A DNA stretch of 64,000 nt from Eledone cirrhosa (lineage: Eukaryota), in NCBI GenBank assembly GCA_964016885.1, contig OZ024741.1, positions 160,704,001 to 160,768,000 of the forward strand, given 5' to 3'. Shown here in pieces: positions 12,173 to 25,139 of this stretch. The position numbers were made by a program, and so were the translations under genes. Position 1 is the first letter of the stretch; every line of letters starts with the position of its first letter. A model generated the notes under the pieces. That model ran no database searches. It was given only the letters and a program-made list of their open reading frames with translations, and had not been told where the DNA came from.

Positions 12173-14661
12173 GTAAGGATTGTTAAGAAATAAACAGATA
12201 CAAAATACATCAAAAGAAGACAGATTTATCAAATTTATCGAGTTTCATGAAGACATCACCCGGATCACTGATGGCGACTCATGAGTGGATGTTGTTTACC
12301 TTGACTTTGCTAAAGCTTTTAATTCTGTGCCACACAAAAGACTTATGGTAAAACTCTCTGCAATGGGTGTGAAGGATGATCTTTTTAACTGGTTGAAGTC
12401 CTTCATTCTCAGTCGAAGAGAGGTAGTCACGGTTCTAGGACAGCATTCTTCACAGTATGAGATGTGATCTGGTGTACCGCAGGATCTGTTCTTGGTCCCC
12501 TTTTGTTTGTTGCATATATTAATGACATAGATGATAACTTAAAGAATGCCACAGTACTGAAATATGCAGATGACATCAATCTGTACTTTGAGATAAAAAG
12601 GACAGATCCTGAACACTATAGATCTTTCCTGTAATCTGACCTGGACACATTGCAACAATGGATCACAGACTCGCAACTCAAGCTGGATGTGGACAAGTGT
12701 ACCACCATGCATTTTGGGAGGAAAACCCAGCGTCCACATACTACCTCCACAACACTAATATCAAGAAGTCTTTTTGTGAACGTGGCATGGGCATTACTAT
12801 CAGCAGTGATTTGCTTTGGACAAAGCACATCTCTAAAATTGTCAAGAAGGCCGAGGGTGTCTTGGCTTCACTCAGGAAGAACTTTGTCAGCTGCTCTCCA
12901 GCTATCTATTTAAAGATGTATATAGCTATGGTGTGACCAAACTTAGAATTTGCATCACCAGTCTGGAACCCCTATCTTGCTCAGAACATTGACCCCCTGG
13001 AAACTGTTCAGAGACATGCAACCAAGCAAATACCCTCCAACAGGCATCTACCATACTCTGAATGTCTTGCTCCCCTGGGCATGGATACATTGAAGCTCCA
13101 ATGTCTGGAAACTGACTTGGTAAACACCCACAAAATTATTAACCATCTTGCCAACAACAACCCTGAGTACCTTTGTGAATTCTATGTGTCTAACACATGT
13201 GGGCATGCCTACAAAATCAGAAAACAGCACAGTTCCCATGACTTTCAGAAGCATTTTTTCACACTCAGAGTTACTGAAGCATGGGACAAACTACCTGCAT
13301 CAGATGTTAGCTGCCAAGACACTGCATCCTTTAAAACCTCCATGCTTCCTAAAATTCACCAACATTACACATGATATCCTCCCTCCATAAACATGCACCC
13401 ATGTTTATCATGACTCATACACTGTTCACTTTCCTGACATTTGTACATTATTCTATGTACTATACATGCACCTTTGATGAGTTGTAGTGCACCTGAGCAC
13501 TGTACACAACAATTTCATTATTATTATTAAATACATTATAAGGGTCAGGTTCATCATCATCATCATCACCATTTAACATCTATTTCCCATGCTTGCATGG
13601 TTTACATGAGTTGTCACGAACTGAGGCTAAACTAGTCAGGTGACCTCATCTTGCTCCTATGCACTGTTTTTAGCTTGTTTTCTGCAGCTGGATGCCCTTC
13701 CTAACACCAACCACTTTATGGCATGTATTATATTGTGAGTGGTACTATCACCTTGCAAGGTGGACTAGGTACTTTTTTTTATGGCATCAGCATGACCACC
13801 TTACAGGGTTGACTGGGCGTTTTTCTGATGTGATACCAGTACTAACACCACACAGGGTGGACAGGGTTGTCAAAAATCTTTGTAGTTGCTGTTGTTTAAC
13901 CCTTTTACTACAAAACTACCTAAAACTACCCATCATTCTATGATACAAAGTTGTTTATTTTAAAGTGTACATTATCATCATCATCAGTCGCAGCATTTAA
14001 CGTCCATTTTCTCAGCTAGCAAGGGCTGGACAGGTCGTCACAGACCAAGTCAGCACTCAAGAAGAGCTACTGACCTCTCAAACAGGCTGAGGACCTGCAT
14101 CTCACTTACATACATTCCTACCCTCTACAGGGTTTATCATGGCATTTTATCATGGCACCATTTATGTAAAATCCTTCCATTATAATTTTATGCAAGAACC
14201 TTTGTCAAGTTATGTTCCAAACACTAGCTTAATTATGACAAATTTTGTACTTTTACTAAATCCTCCAAATTTTTCATTTTTAAAAATTATTGGAAAATCT
14301 TAGTCTTTCATTAGAAATATGGCTATGAAAGGGTCAGCCTTGACCAACCATTCATGGTATTGTTATCTTGAAATAAACGATTTGTCCAGTGGCTAGATTA
14401 CAGAAGGAAAAAGTAGTAGCCATGACACATTGCAGGTTTTTTATGACTGGAGAGAGAGAGGTAAGGCGGGGGAGCTTGAGATTCAGTACAAATGTTTCTA
14501 ACAGAATCTGGTTTGTATAAGAAACAAAAGCAGCTGAGTATATTCACTACAATCACCACCACAAATACCAACACCACAAACAACAACACCCCCACTACCA
14601 CCAACAACAATAATAGCATCAACAACACCCCCAATAACTTGTTAACAGCCAAAAAGGATAT
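12173..14661 (-). other. U12-type (minor spliceosome) AT-AC intron, CRYZL1 intron 9
   Basis: 5' end ATATCCTTTT. 3' end TTTCTTAACAATCCTTAC with the branch point at 12189-12182. Splicing restores the frame (C|AC = His). Confidence 0.93.
12235..13530 (+). mobile_element. CR1/L2-group LINE 3' fragment inside the U12 intron (a second 3' end lies at 20845-20970, minus)
   Basis: DVVYLDFAKAFNSVPH, GVPQGSVLGPLLF, KYADD, LEFASPVWNP, FFTLRV..AW. (TTA)n tail. Confidence 0.85.
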
Positions 14662-14767
14662 GTTTATAACGTCCATGTTGGGAGTATGACATTGTCCAGA
14701 TAGAATCAAAAAGAAAGGAGAGACTGCCACCACGCAGGAATAATTCACGAGAATCAGGTGGATCCAG
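14662..14767 (-). CDS. CRYZL1: CRYZL1 exon 9 (LDPPDSRELFLRGGSLSFLFDSIWTMSYSQHGRYK), ends at a U12 ATATCCTTT donor
   Basis: LDPPDS..LFL.G motif and tttcag acceptor. There is no GT donor at the expected point; ATATCCTTTT follows instead. Confidence 0.95.
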
Positions 14768-15874
14768 CTGAAAAAAGATACTTATATATATATATTTTTA
14801 TTCATATATATCAGTTAATGAAAGTATATATATTATAAGCACAGAGGTGTATCTAGGGTATGGCACGTGCCATGGGTGCCACTTGAAAGAGGGTGCTAAC
14901 TGGACTAGGAGCACTTTCTATTAAAGTTAGATAAGCTATCGTCAGAGAGTGAATAAAGAAACTTCTTCAGATGTATGATCTGTCTTTGATTATAACGGGT
15001 GAGAAGAAGCACTATGGTGGTTAGATCGATGCCAATAGTGGAATGGTACTTTATTTATCGACCTTGAAAAAATAAGAGGCAAAGTTGAGCACAGTGAGTC
15101 AGAACTGTGCTCAACACAGACATTTTTAATCTGATGCCCCTAACTAATTCACTACCTTATATATATACCATAGAGAGTAGCTATTCTTTAACAGGATTTC
15201 AACTTTTACCCTATGTTTCACAGTGAATATTAAATAATTACTTGTTTGAAAAGTAAATTGGTCCTTGGAAAGAGAGGCGAAAATGACACAGCATATGAAT
15301 GGTACAAAAAAAACAAGCATATAAAAATACTATAAAAGAGGAAACATCATCATCACCATTTTATGTCTGCTTTTCCATGAGTTAGACAGGTCTTTTCCAA
15401 CACAGCATCCCTCCACTTATTGCAGTCCTTAATCATTTTGTCTGTGAGCTTCAGCAATTTGAGATTAACTTTCACTATCTCAGTCTAGGTCTTCCTTCAT
15501 CTTCTTCTATACTACCTTCCTTCCACTGGGATTTCTTGACATTTCTTTACCCAGTGATCATCCTTCATATGAATCACATGTCCATACCAACCCAGTTTTC
15601 TCTCTTGCACACTACATGATTTTTCTTTTACTAGTTTTTCTTTCAGCTCATCCATGCTTCAGTATTTATGCATTTTAACATTACACATCCATTAAAGCAT
15701 GCTCGCTTCATTTCTCTCCAGCCTTCACATAACCTCTGCATTCACTGCCTATATCTCACTGAGAGTCAGCATGACAACGTACATGACAAGGGTGGCCTTT
15801 TGAATTACAGCACCCTAACCACTAAGCTACATGCCTTCACATCGCTAAAAAGACAGTAAAGCAGATAATATTAC

Positions 15875-16008
15875 CTGTATATCAGGTTGCAAAGTAACCC
15901 AACGACCAAATGACCCAAGACAAGAAAGTAAGTCATATTTATGTGGTACTGGACGAGAAAAATTCTCCTTTGTGAAGGCAATATCATTAGTTTCTGTAAA
16001 CATTCGTA
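15875..16008 (-). CDS. CRYZL1: CRYZL1 exon 8 (VRMFTETNDIAFTKENFSRPVPHKYDLLSCLGSFGRWVTLQPDIQ)
   Basis: PHK.D....LG..G.WVT motif. tgcag acceptor and gtaat donor, phase 1->0. Confidence 0.95.
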
Positions 16009-17605
16009 CTGCAACCAGAGAAGAAAAGAAGCATTTAACTCTTTGTTAAACATGAAGCTACATTAGCAAGACATTCTTGAAAACTACAGAATAATACTAT
16101 GACTGCATACATTAAAAATTAAAGTCTTTATTCTAATACTGTAAATTTTTACAACAATCTGCCCACTAGTATTAGAAACATTTGAATTAACAATCTCATT
16201 TTCAGGCAGTTTTTTTGCTAAATCATATTAAGATTATGATTCTTTAACATGAACAAATGTTTATGATAGAGCTTCCTCTCTACCCAAATATTGTACTTTA
16301 CCAACAAAGGGCTTTGGAATATTTAAACATACAATCAATTACTTGGGTTAAAAAAGGGTTTATCCTGAGACATTTTATAGTACACACATCATCATCATCA
16401 TCATCATCGTTTAACGTCCATGTTCCACGCTTGCATGGGTTTGGACGGGAGTTTTCCCACTTGAGGCAAGAGTGGTTGTCTTGCGGGTTTCCTACAGCTG
16501 GATGCCCTTCCTAACACCAACCACATTTACAGTGTGGGACTGGGAGGTTTTTACCGTGTTGCCTACATGGCCACATTACAGCATGGACTGTGTGTTTTTT
16601 TGTCGTGACACCTACACAATCTCATTTGTTTCGGCCTGGATGTTGTGGCACCAACATAACTTTACATTGAAAGGGGCGGTGTGGATGGGGTGGGGGTGGT
16701 GGGACGGGGGTGTATTTTTTAAATTTCTGTGTCCATCTGGTTTAGAATAGGTACACTGTATATTTTATATGTTGTAAGAAGTGGCTAAAAGAATTAGTGA
16801 CAGAAAGGCATCTGGCTGCAAAACATTGCTTCAAAAGAACTCTATGAAGTGTATGAAGTCTATCATGCTTGTGGTTGTGTGCATATATTTTTGTAAACAT
16901 CCATTTTGTTTTGTTTATTAGCAGTTCAATATGGACACCACTATAGTAGCAGAAGGAGGTGCCAATTTTAATGGTGGTAGTAATGAACATACCTCCAAAA
17001 TTTTTGTAGGCACAAAGATTTGAAAAAATAATTAAAAAAATAACTGAAAACAATGACAATTAAACAGACACAGTTATAAATATAAACAGTTACAATTTGA
17101 GAAGCACAAAAGGTAAAATGTAGTCAAATTTAAAGTTTAAATAGTAGTAACAAAAGCACCACCACCAATAACAACAATAAAAACAATGGTAACTCATCTT
17201 TTGCTAGTGTTGTTAACCAAAACAAAAAAAATAATAAACATGGGTAACTCCAGCATGGAAGAAATATGCAACATAACAGAGTACCTCTTTACATCAGGAA
17301 TTTAGTCAAGAGAGGGTAAGAAAAGTAACATACCACTTTTTTTCAACAAATGGAGAGGGCTCTCAAATGCCTTCAAAAGAGGAGCTTGATAAAGCCCTAG
17401 TCAATGAATGGCCTGATGTGTACTCCATCAACCAGGCTGTATATATGAAAGTGTGTCTGATCTTTAAAACCATAGCCAAAGGGAAAAAAACAATAAGAGC
17501 TGGTACTGCATACCTTCCCTCAGAGTGCATCCACAGCTAAAACTATTAGAGCCTTTAATGCACCGGAATGAACATTGATATAACTACATTGTAATGTAAA
17601 CTTAC

Positions 17606-17704
17606 CTCCATTGTCAATAATGCAGTCAACTCCCAGACCACCAGTCTCTTCCATCACACTGCTCTGCAGCATACTGCCATGGTTTCTCACATCAATTATT
17701 TGTG
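17606..17704 (-). CDS. CRYZL1: CRYZL1 exon 7 (AQIIDVRNHGSMLQSSVMEETGGLGVDCIIDNG)
   Basis: EETGGLGVD motif. ttcag acceptor and gtaagt donor, phase 1->1. Confidence 0.97.
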
Positions 17705-18381
17705 CTGAAGGAAAGTAAATTATAAAAACACTAAATAACAACAAACATTTCAGGCCATTACCCTGCTAGTGTAGGTGCCCCCTTACAAGTTCCCCATTTT
17801 TCCCTATCATCTGCATCCCTTCCTCATCAACTCACCTTCATTTATTCCTCTATACTCTTTAGCTATGTCTTTCCCTTCCTCTACTTCTTTCTGCAGAGTC
17901 AGCGCTAGGAAGAGCATTTGGTCATAATACATTGCCACAAAAGGACCCCATGACGAGCCTAAAATCTGTTACGGCTAACCACTGCTAACGAAGAAAATGG
18001 TTCTAACACTTTCATTGTTGTATTTTCAATAAAAGACACTATGATTTTTTAAAAAAATTTGAACAGATTTAGTAATATAACTAACTTTCTCAGTGTTAAG
18101 CTGGTGTTTGGAACATAACTAAATAAAGGTCCTTACTTTTAAAATATGGTAGAACTAGGGGCAGTTTCAAGCAGTTTCATATCAGAAGGGTCAAAATACA
18201 TGTTATGTTGTTGGCGTGTTAACGGAAGTGTTCTTTCTTTTTTTTTTGTGGAGTAGTCATAATAAAATTGATATAAAAATAGAAAGAAATAGAAAGAAAA
18301 TAGAAAGAAATAGAAAAAAAATAGAAAGAAAATGAAGTCAAAATAAATAAAAAGAGAAATTAGATAATTTATGTTCTTTAC

Positions 18382-18445
18382 CTAATGAAGGTATCGAAGA
18401 TTTTAGAAAGTTCTTTTCTTCTGTGGAAGCCACTGTTGTTAAAAC
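18382..18445 (-). CDS. CRYZL1: CRYZL1 exon 6 (VLTTVASTEEKNFLKSSIPSL)
   Basis: ttgcag acceptor and gtaaag donor, phase 0->1. Confidence 0.92.
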
Positions 18446-18641
18446 CTGCAAACATTGACAAAAATAGAAAAAAAGATTAACTTCTTTAGTTTCATGAAAA
18501 ATATTAGTGTGCATTTGATGAGACTCAGTACTGACATTACCAGTCTTGGAGACTATGTAAACTATATATTTCAGTCTATTTTGTATTACACTTTCTCTCC
18601 TTGTCTCATATAATTACAGCATATTTATTTATTTATATATA

Positions 18642-18848
18642 TATACAGATATGTATTGGAATTTCGTATTTCTAAAGAAAATGATGAGAACCAGTCTACG
18701 ATTGTCCCCCTTGCTTCTGCTGGGCACGACCAGGGGGCGATAGCCTCCAGTGTTTTTGCATAGCTACGGCTTTCTAAATGTCTAAATGTTTATCTCTAAA
18801 CATACCATATTTCTTTAGAAATACGAAATTCCAATACATATCTGTATA
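18642..18848. repeat. Foldback element with perfect 39-bp terminal inverted repeats in CRYZL1 intron 5
   Basis: TATACAGATATGTATTGGAATTTCGTATTTCTAAAGAAA at 18642-18680 and its reverse complement at 18810-18848, next to (TA)n. Confidence 0.8.
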
Positions 18849-19843
18849 CAGTTATGCCCGAAGCTAAATCCTAATTATTTATATATATATATAAATGTAT
18901 GTATCATCATGATCTTTTAATGTCCATTTTCCCTGCTAGTAAAAGTTAGGGAAGAGTCTACATAGACCAAGTCAGGGTTACTGAGCTTCCAGAGAGGCCA
19001 GGGGGTCTGTATCCTGCTTACATACGGTCATATTAAGTACAAAGAACAAATTGTCATGTTTTTTTACACAAACTAAATGGTCCTCCTAACCCCTTCTTTA
19101 GCACGCTTTCTACGACTGGCAGTCCTTCCTAACACCAACCACTTTACTGCATGTACTGGGTACGTTTATCATGCATATCATCAGCACTAGACAGATTGAT
19201 GGTCATAGGCTCAACCGTAGAGCCCTCTCAGCTCTTGGGCGGGGGTGTAATGTGTGTGTATGTATATATATATATATATATAGTAATTGACATAAGAAGC
19301 ATAGGGAAATTTTCAAATTTGAAATGTCTGCATTCAAAAGCAAATGACATTAATAATAGTTGATCACTTTTTAATAGACTGTTCACTTTTATCCATCTCC
19401 AGGGGTACTTTACGCAATTTTTTCAACTATTATTTATAGTGATTGACTATTATTACTGTCATTTACGCACATTTCAAATAACAAGGACTCTTCAATCATG
19501 CTAGAGACAAGACAAGTACTCTCGTGCTGGTGTCATGATAAAATACACCAAGTACATTCTGTAAAGTGGTAGTGCTGCTGCCATAACAAAATACACTCAC
19601 TACATTCTGTAAATTAGTGCTGGTGCCATGATAAAATGCACCTTGTATACTCCGTTATGTGGTAGTCCTGGAAGTTAAAGGTATTTCAGTAAGATACAAG
19701 TATGAGAAATACAAAGTGTAAAATACTTGAACAAAAAAAAAATATGATGTAGGGAAGATAATGGAGTGAATTTAATTCTTAATCAAAGATACACGCTAAT
19801 TCAACTTGCACACACACATCATCATCACTCAACAATCATTCAC

Positions 19844-19891
<48 letters not shown>

Positions 19892-19970
19892 CATACACAC
19901 ATCACAAATGTAATAATGATCAATAAAGTAAATATTTATCTAATTGAAATTAGAAGTGAATTATTTTTAC

Positions 19971-20152
19971 CTTTGCTCCCCAATTCAGTGCTAGCTGGAT
20001 GGTAACACTGCCAAAAGTAGAAGCGCCATCCATTACAAGTATTGTATCCCCAGCACAGAGTCGACACAGGTAGTGAAGGGCCGTGTAAGCACGTATACAT
20101 TCGCCAATGCCACAAGCAGCATCTTCGAAACTCAACATCTCGGGTTTTTTTA
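19971..20152 (-). CDS. CRYZL1: CRYZL1 exon 5 (VKKPEMLSFEDAACGIGECIRAYTALHYLCRLCAGDTILVMDGASTFGSVTIQLALNWGAK)
   Basis: RAYTALHYL and MDGAS.FG...IQLA...GAK motifs are characteristic of CRYZL1. AG/GT boundaries, phase 1->0. Confidence 0.97.
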
Positions 20153-22914
20153 CTATTAAGTAAAAAAAGTAACAATTTCAAGAAAATGAGAAATGGCAAT
20201 GGAACAAAATAAGATGAACTAAAATAATATCATCATCATTTTATGTTTGTTTTGTCATACTGGCATGGGTTGGGTAGTTCGTTATTGTCTAAGACTAGAT
20301 GGGCCAGAGAACCACACCTTGCTCATATGGTCCATACTTTGGTATGGTTTGTATAGCTGGAAGCTCTTTCTAACAGCAACCACTTAGCAGAGTGTATTGG
20401 GTATATTTGATTATGGTACTAGCACTACTACTTTACAAAGTTTACTGGGTGCATTTTATTATGGCACAAACACTAGAAAGGTTGTCATGTACTCAACAAG
20501 ACTGAAGTGTCCTCTCTACACCACATTGCGTCCATTCGTTTATCAACCACTTTACAGTGAGTATTGGGTGTTGTTAATTGTAGCACCAGCACTAGAGAGG
20601 TTACCATGTCCTCAACAAGACTGAAGAGTCCTCTATACCCTATATTGAAGAGTCCTCTCTACCCTATATTGTCTCCGTTCCATCACCAACATAAAATAAA
20701 ATACCACAAAAACATAAAATCAAAGGTGAAATAATTTTAAAAAATTCAAACAAACATGTCTGCCTGCACAGTTACTGGTCTGTGGCCAGCCTTGCTCATA
20801 GCAAAAACCAGAGAGAGACAGTGATAACACAAGAGCCATAATGTAATAATAATAATAAATAATGAAATTATTGTTTACAATGCTCAGGTGCACTACAACT
20901 CATCAAAGGTGCATGTATAGTACATAGAATAATGTACAAATGTCAGGAAAGTGAACAGTGTATCAGTCATTATATGTGTAAGCTAACCTATAAATTTAGG
21001 TGTGGTCTCTTACTACACAAGGGTGTCTATCAGCCATCATAATTTAACATAATTTATTTATATAAATTATATTAATTTTATGTGAAGGCCCGTGACTTAA
21101 TAGTTTAAGATATTTGGCTCACAATCATAAGATTGTGAGTTAAATTCCCAGCAGTGTGTTGTGTCCTTGAGCAATGCATTTTATTTCACAATGCTTCAGT
21201 CCATTCAGCTGGCAAAAATGTATCTGTGATTTAAAAAACCAGTCTAATCACAGTTGTGTCACTCTGTATCTTCTTGAGAACTATATTAAGGGTACACTTG
21301 TCTGTGGAGTGCTCAGTCACTTGCACATTCATTTCATGAGCAGGCTGTTTGGTTATTTGAACACTTGTCGTTAGAACCAATGGAGGTCCAACAAGGAAAA
21401 CAGATGTTAAATAATGATTTTGTTACTGAAGAGTCATAAAAAATATAGAAGCAGCAGAGATAGCTATGGTTAAAGAGGAATGACCAACTGAAGCTTGATC
21501 AACCTAGGTTGTGTCACCTGAATGAGGGTGTATGTAAGATTCAAAACAGTGACTCCAGGATAAAACACATGTGTCCAAGGTGTTTTGTATCCGTTGATGA
21601 GTGAAGAACTTGAGGGACATATTTCTGGGGAAGTGGAGTCTGGCACAGGAGCAGGTGGAGGACCAGGTCTATGCTCCTGAAAGTTGGCTGTGGAGGGTTA
21701 ACAGGTTGTTTCTTTAATAAATCCTACGAAACTCTGGGCATTATAGGAATGAGCAGGAGGAGTGACATCAAAAATAACATAGAAGCAACAGAGAGGTTAT
21801 CTAGATGACTATGACTGTAGAGAAGTAACTGATGGCAGTCAGTAATATGTAAGTCACTTGGACACAAGCTGAGGTTTCATCAACTTCAGTTGAGTCACTT
21901 AGATGAAGGTGTATATTTTGTAAGACCTAAAACACAACAGCCAGTGACTCCAGAATACAAAAAGGTTTTGCATTTGTTCATATGTGAAGAACTTGTGCTT
22001 ATGAGAGAGTCCATCACTATCATCATTTTACATCCATTTTTCCATACTAGTAGCTTTTATTGGTTAAACACGTGATAGGTTGCTAGAAATAGCAGCCAAA
22101 TACCCTTTCTATCATAAAAATGTAAAGAAATACACTGGTGAATGTCTTCACCATCATTAATATTGAACAACTATTTTTCTATGTTGCCCTGAGTTGGACA
22201 GGTTAATATGGTCTGGATTACTGCCATCATAGACTGGTAAGAGACCATGTCTCATGCATACGTTCCATTTTTAGCATGGTTTCTACAACTGGATGCCCAT
22301 CATATATAGTCATAATCATCATCATCATTTTACACCTGTTTATGTCAGATGGGTTGCTATGGACCAGATTAGTATTTGATTAATTTTATCATGACACCAG
22401 CACTAAAGAGGTTATCTTGTCATTGATGTGACTGAAGATATATATATGTGTTTGTGTGTGTGTGTGAAGGTGTGCATGGCTTTGTGGTCAGAGGTGCTCA
22501 ACCCACAATCATAAGGTCATGGTTCAATTCCCATATCCTTGAGCAAAACACTTTATTCCATGTTGCTTCAGTCCACTCAGCTGACAAATATGAGTCATGC
22601 CTTTAATTCACAAGGTCAACCTTCTTGTTCAATATGTCATGCTGAATCACCCTGAGAACTATAGTAAGAGTACACGTCTGTTGAATGATCAGGCACTCAG
22701 ATGTTAATTTCATGAAAAATCTGTTCCATAGTCAAACAACTGGGGAACTTGTCGGAACCAACAGAGGTCCAACACACACAGACACAGACACAAACACACA
22801 AACATGCATACATATATATATAAAAGACAGTGTGGTCACTGCTGGAATGTCTTTGATCCATAGGTCTGCTGGACTTGTGCTGATGTTGTGTTCAACAATA
22901 ACAGCAACAAATCT

Positions 22915-23722
22915 TTCTTTCTTATCGTGTCCACAAGAGTGTCAGTTACAAAGCTTGGCTAGATGTGGTTCTGCCACAGCTTAACACATTGCTGTCCTTT
23001 CTCATTAAACTCTGCCAAGTCCAATGCTGTGCAGAGGTGTTCCAGCAGGGGGCATATCAAGAGGTACTGCATAGTTTGTGGTTCGATGCCGCAGTCACAC
23101 ACAACGTCCCCATCCTTTAAATATCCCCATTTTGCCAGATTGGCTTTTGAACGACCAACACCAGATCTTAGATCTTAGTCTGTTGAGGCATTTCCACACA
23201 GCATAGTTTGTATCTACTCTGGCGGGGCAGTGTCTTGCTCACCTTTAGCTCCATTGTTGTTACAGATGGGATGTTGCTAAGTTTTCCTTCCCAGCGAGTG
23301 ACTCTTTCACTACTTATGCTTGATGTTCCAAGGGGTGTGATGCTCTTTAGGAAACTTCTCCTGGATTTAAGGTGGCTTTTGGCTGGCACATGGCCGAAGA
23401 CAGGATGTTTTTGATCTGTAGTCTGTTGTTCACAATCTTTCTTGCTTGCTACACTTCATCGTATCTCTGGTGGGGCTATGCCAGCCAGGATATGCACACG
23501 GTCCGTAGGTGTAAATTTCAAACAGCCTGTGATGAGGCGGCAGCTAGCATTGAGAGCGGGATCTAGCTTCTGGACAGACAGCTCGCTCCCATACTGGGCA
23601 TGCACACTGGGCAGCTGAGTAGCTGAGTGCTAGTGCAGTTGACTTCAGAGTCTGGGTTTGCACCCCAGGTTGTGCCAGTGAGCTTGCGGATGATGTTGTT
23701 CCTTGCATTCACTTTGCACTTT
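22915..23722 (-). mobile_element. I/Nimb/Vingi-group LINE 3' fragment
   Basis: ARNNIIRKLTGTTWGA..., PVW, and a C-terminal CDCG..QTM....CP knuckle. Confidence 0.65.
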
Positions 23723-23760
23723 ACAACAAATAACAAGTAGGAACTTACTTCACTACTTAC

Positions 23761-23829
23761 CAATGTCATATTCATGAAATACACAATATTCAGCACAGCC
23801 AGAATTTGTGCTGGAAAGAGCAATGACAC
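23761..23829 (-). CDS. CRYZL1: CRYZL1 exon 4 (GVIALSSTNSGCAEYCVFHEYDI)
   Basis: ttctag acceptor and gtaagt donor, phase 1->1. Confidence 0.93.
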
Positions 23830-23986
23830 CTAGAAATAAGATACAAAAAAAATCTTTCAGTAAAGCAATTTTATAAATGTAATAGGAATCTACACCTTCA
23901 AAAATGTATCTCTGCAAAATACTTATTATTAAAAAATTTATGAAAAAACAAAAGTCAGATAGGGACACTAACAGTAGTTATGCATA

Positions 23987-24392
23987 TCTATATATATAAA
24001 ACTGAGGATGTCTGTCTGTGTGTGTGTGTCTGTGAGTTTGAATCCCTAAAACTCGAGAAGTACCCAACCAATTTTTTGATTAGGTGGAAAAACTTCATTT
24101 TTTCAGCTTTTTAGGGCTTTTTTGAGTCGTTACATCCAGCCGATTTTCCCGAAATTTCAAGGCATATTATGCACATAAAAAAAATTCATTTTCTTGATCC
24201 CCTAGGGACCGCATTAGGTGAAAACCTGCATTTTCCTGCTTCATCGAGGAAAATCTTAAAGATTATCCAGCCATCAGAGTATTCGGTTTATTTTCTTTAC
24301 ATATTGTCCAGGCATGCAGTTTTTCCACAATTAGGTTGGCGGCCCGCGTTCCAAAATACCTTATCCCGTTCAACGCCGGGTACCACTGCTAA
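23987..24392 (+). mobile_element. Non-autonomous Helitron
   Basis: 5' TCTATATATATAAAA, internal (TG)n, 3' hairpin CCCG..CAACGCCGGG followed by CTAA (CTRR). Inserted between A and T. Confidence 0.75.
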
Positions 24393-24629
24393 TATACTAT
24401 AAAACTAATATATTTCTTCATTGTTCTGTGCAGTTTGCTTTGTTATTTCTGTTTACCTTTTGCATATATATATATATATATCATCACAGTTTAACATCTA
24501 CTTTTCCACGCTGGCATGGGTTAGATGAGTTACCCTGTTGTGAGCAATGCCATGGTCAGGTGACCATGTCATGCTCAAACAGAACTGATTTAGGCTTGGC
24601 TTCTACAGCTGGATGCCCTTCCTAGCACC

Positions 24630-24930
24630 AACCTCATTTATACTGAGTACTGGGTGCTTTTTGTCGTAATGCTTACACAACCACTTTACAGTGTGGGCTG
24701 GGTCTTTTCGCCGTGACACCTACACGACCACCTTATAGGTGCTTTTTACCGTGATGCTTATACCACCACTTTACAGTGTTGACTGGTTGCTTTTTGCCAT
24801 AACACCTACAAGACCACTTTACAGTGTGGACTGGGTGCTTTTTACCATGATACTTACACCACCATTTTACAGTGTGGACTGGGTGCTTTTTGCTATGACA
24901 CCTACATAACCACTTTAGAGTGTGGGCTGG
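24630..24930. repeat. ~43-bp minisatellite (about 7 units) within an RTE 3' UTR copy
   Basis: Unit approximately ACCACTTTACAGTGTGGACTGGGTGCTTTTTRCCATGACACCTACA. Fewer units occur in homologous UTR copies at about 5355, 13710 and 26190. Confidence 0.8.
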
Positions 24931-25139
24931 AGGCTTCACTGGATATAACTTCAACTTGTCCTCATGGGAGATCTATGGGAGTGGGTGGGGGTGGTGCATA
25001 CTATATATACTTCAGATATGGCCTCTGCCCATGGGAATTCAGGTCTTCTGTATTACTGTGTAACACCAGAGATCTTGGTCCTGTGTCATCACTTTTGAGA
25101 GGTGCAATTGGGCTAGATATTTATATACATATATATATG

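Noticed and set aside
24630-24930. CRISPR-like regular repeats
   Set aside because: Contiguous degenerate tandem units without unique spacers, inside a eukaryotic LINE UTR, with no cas genes.
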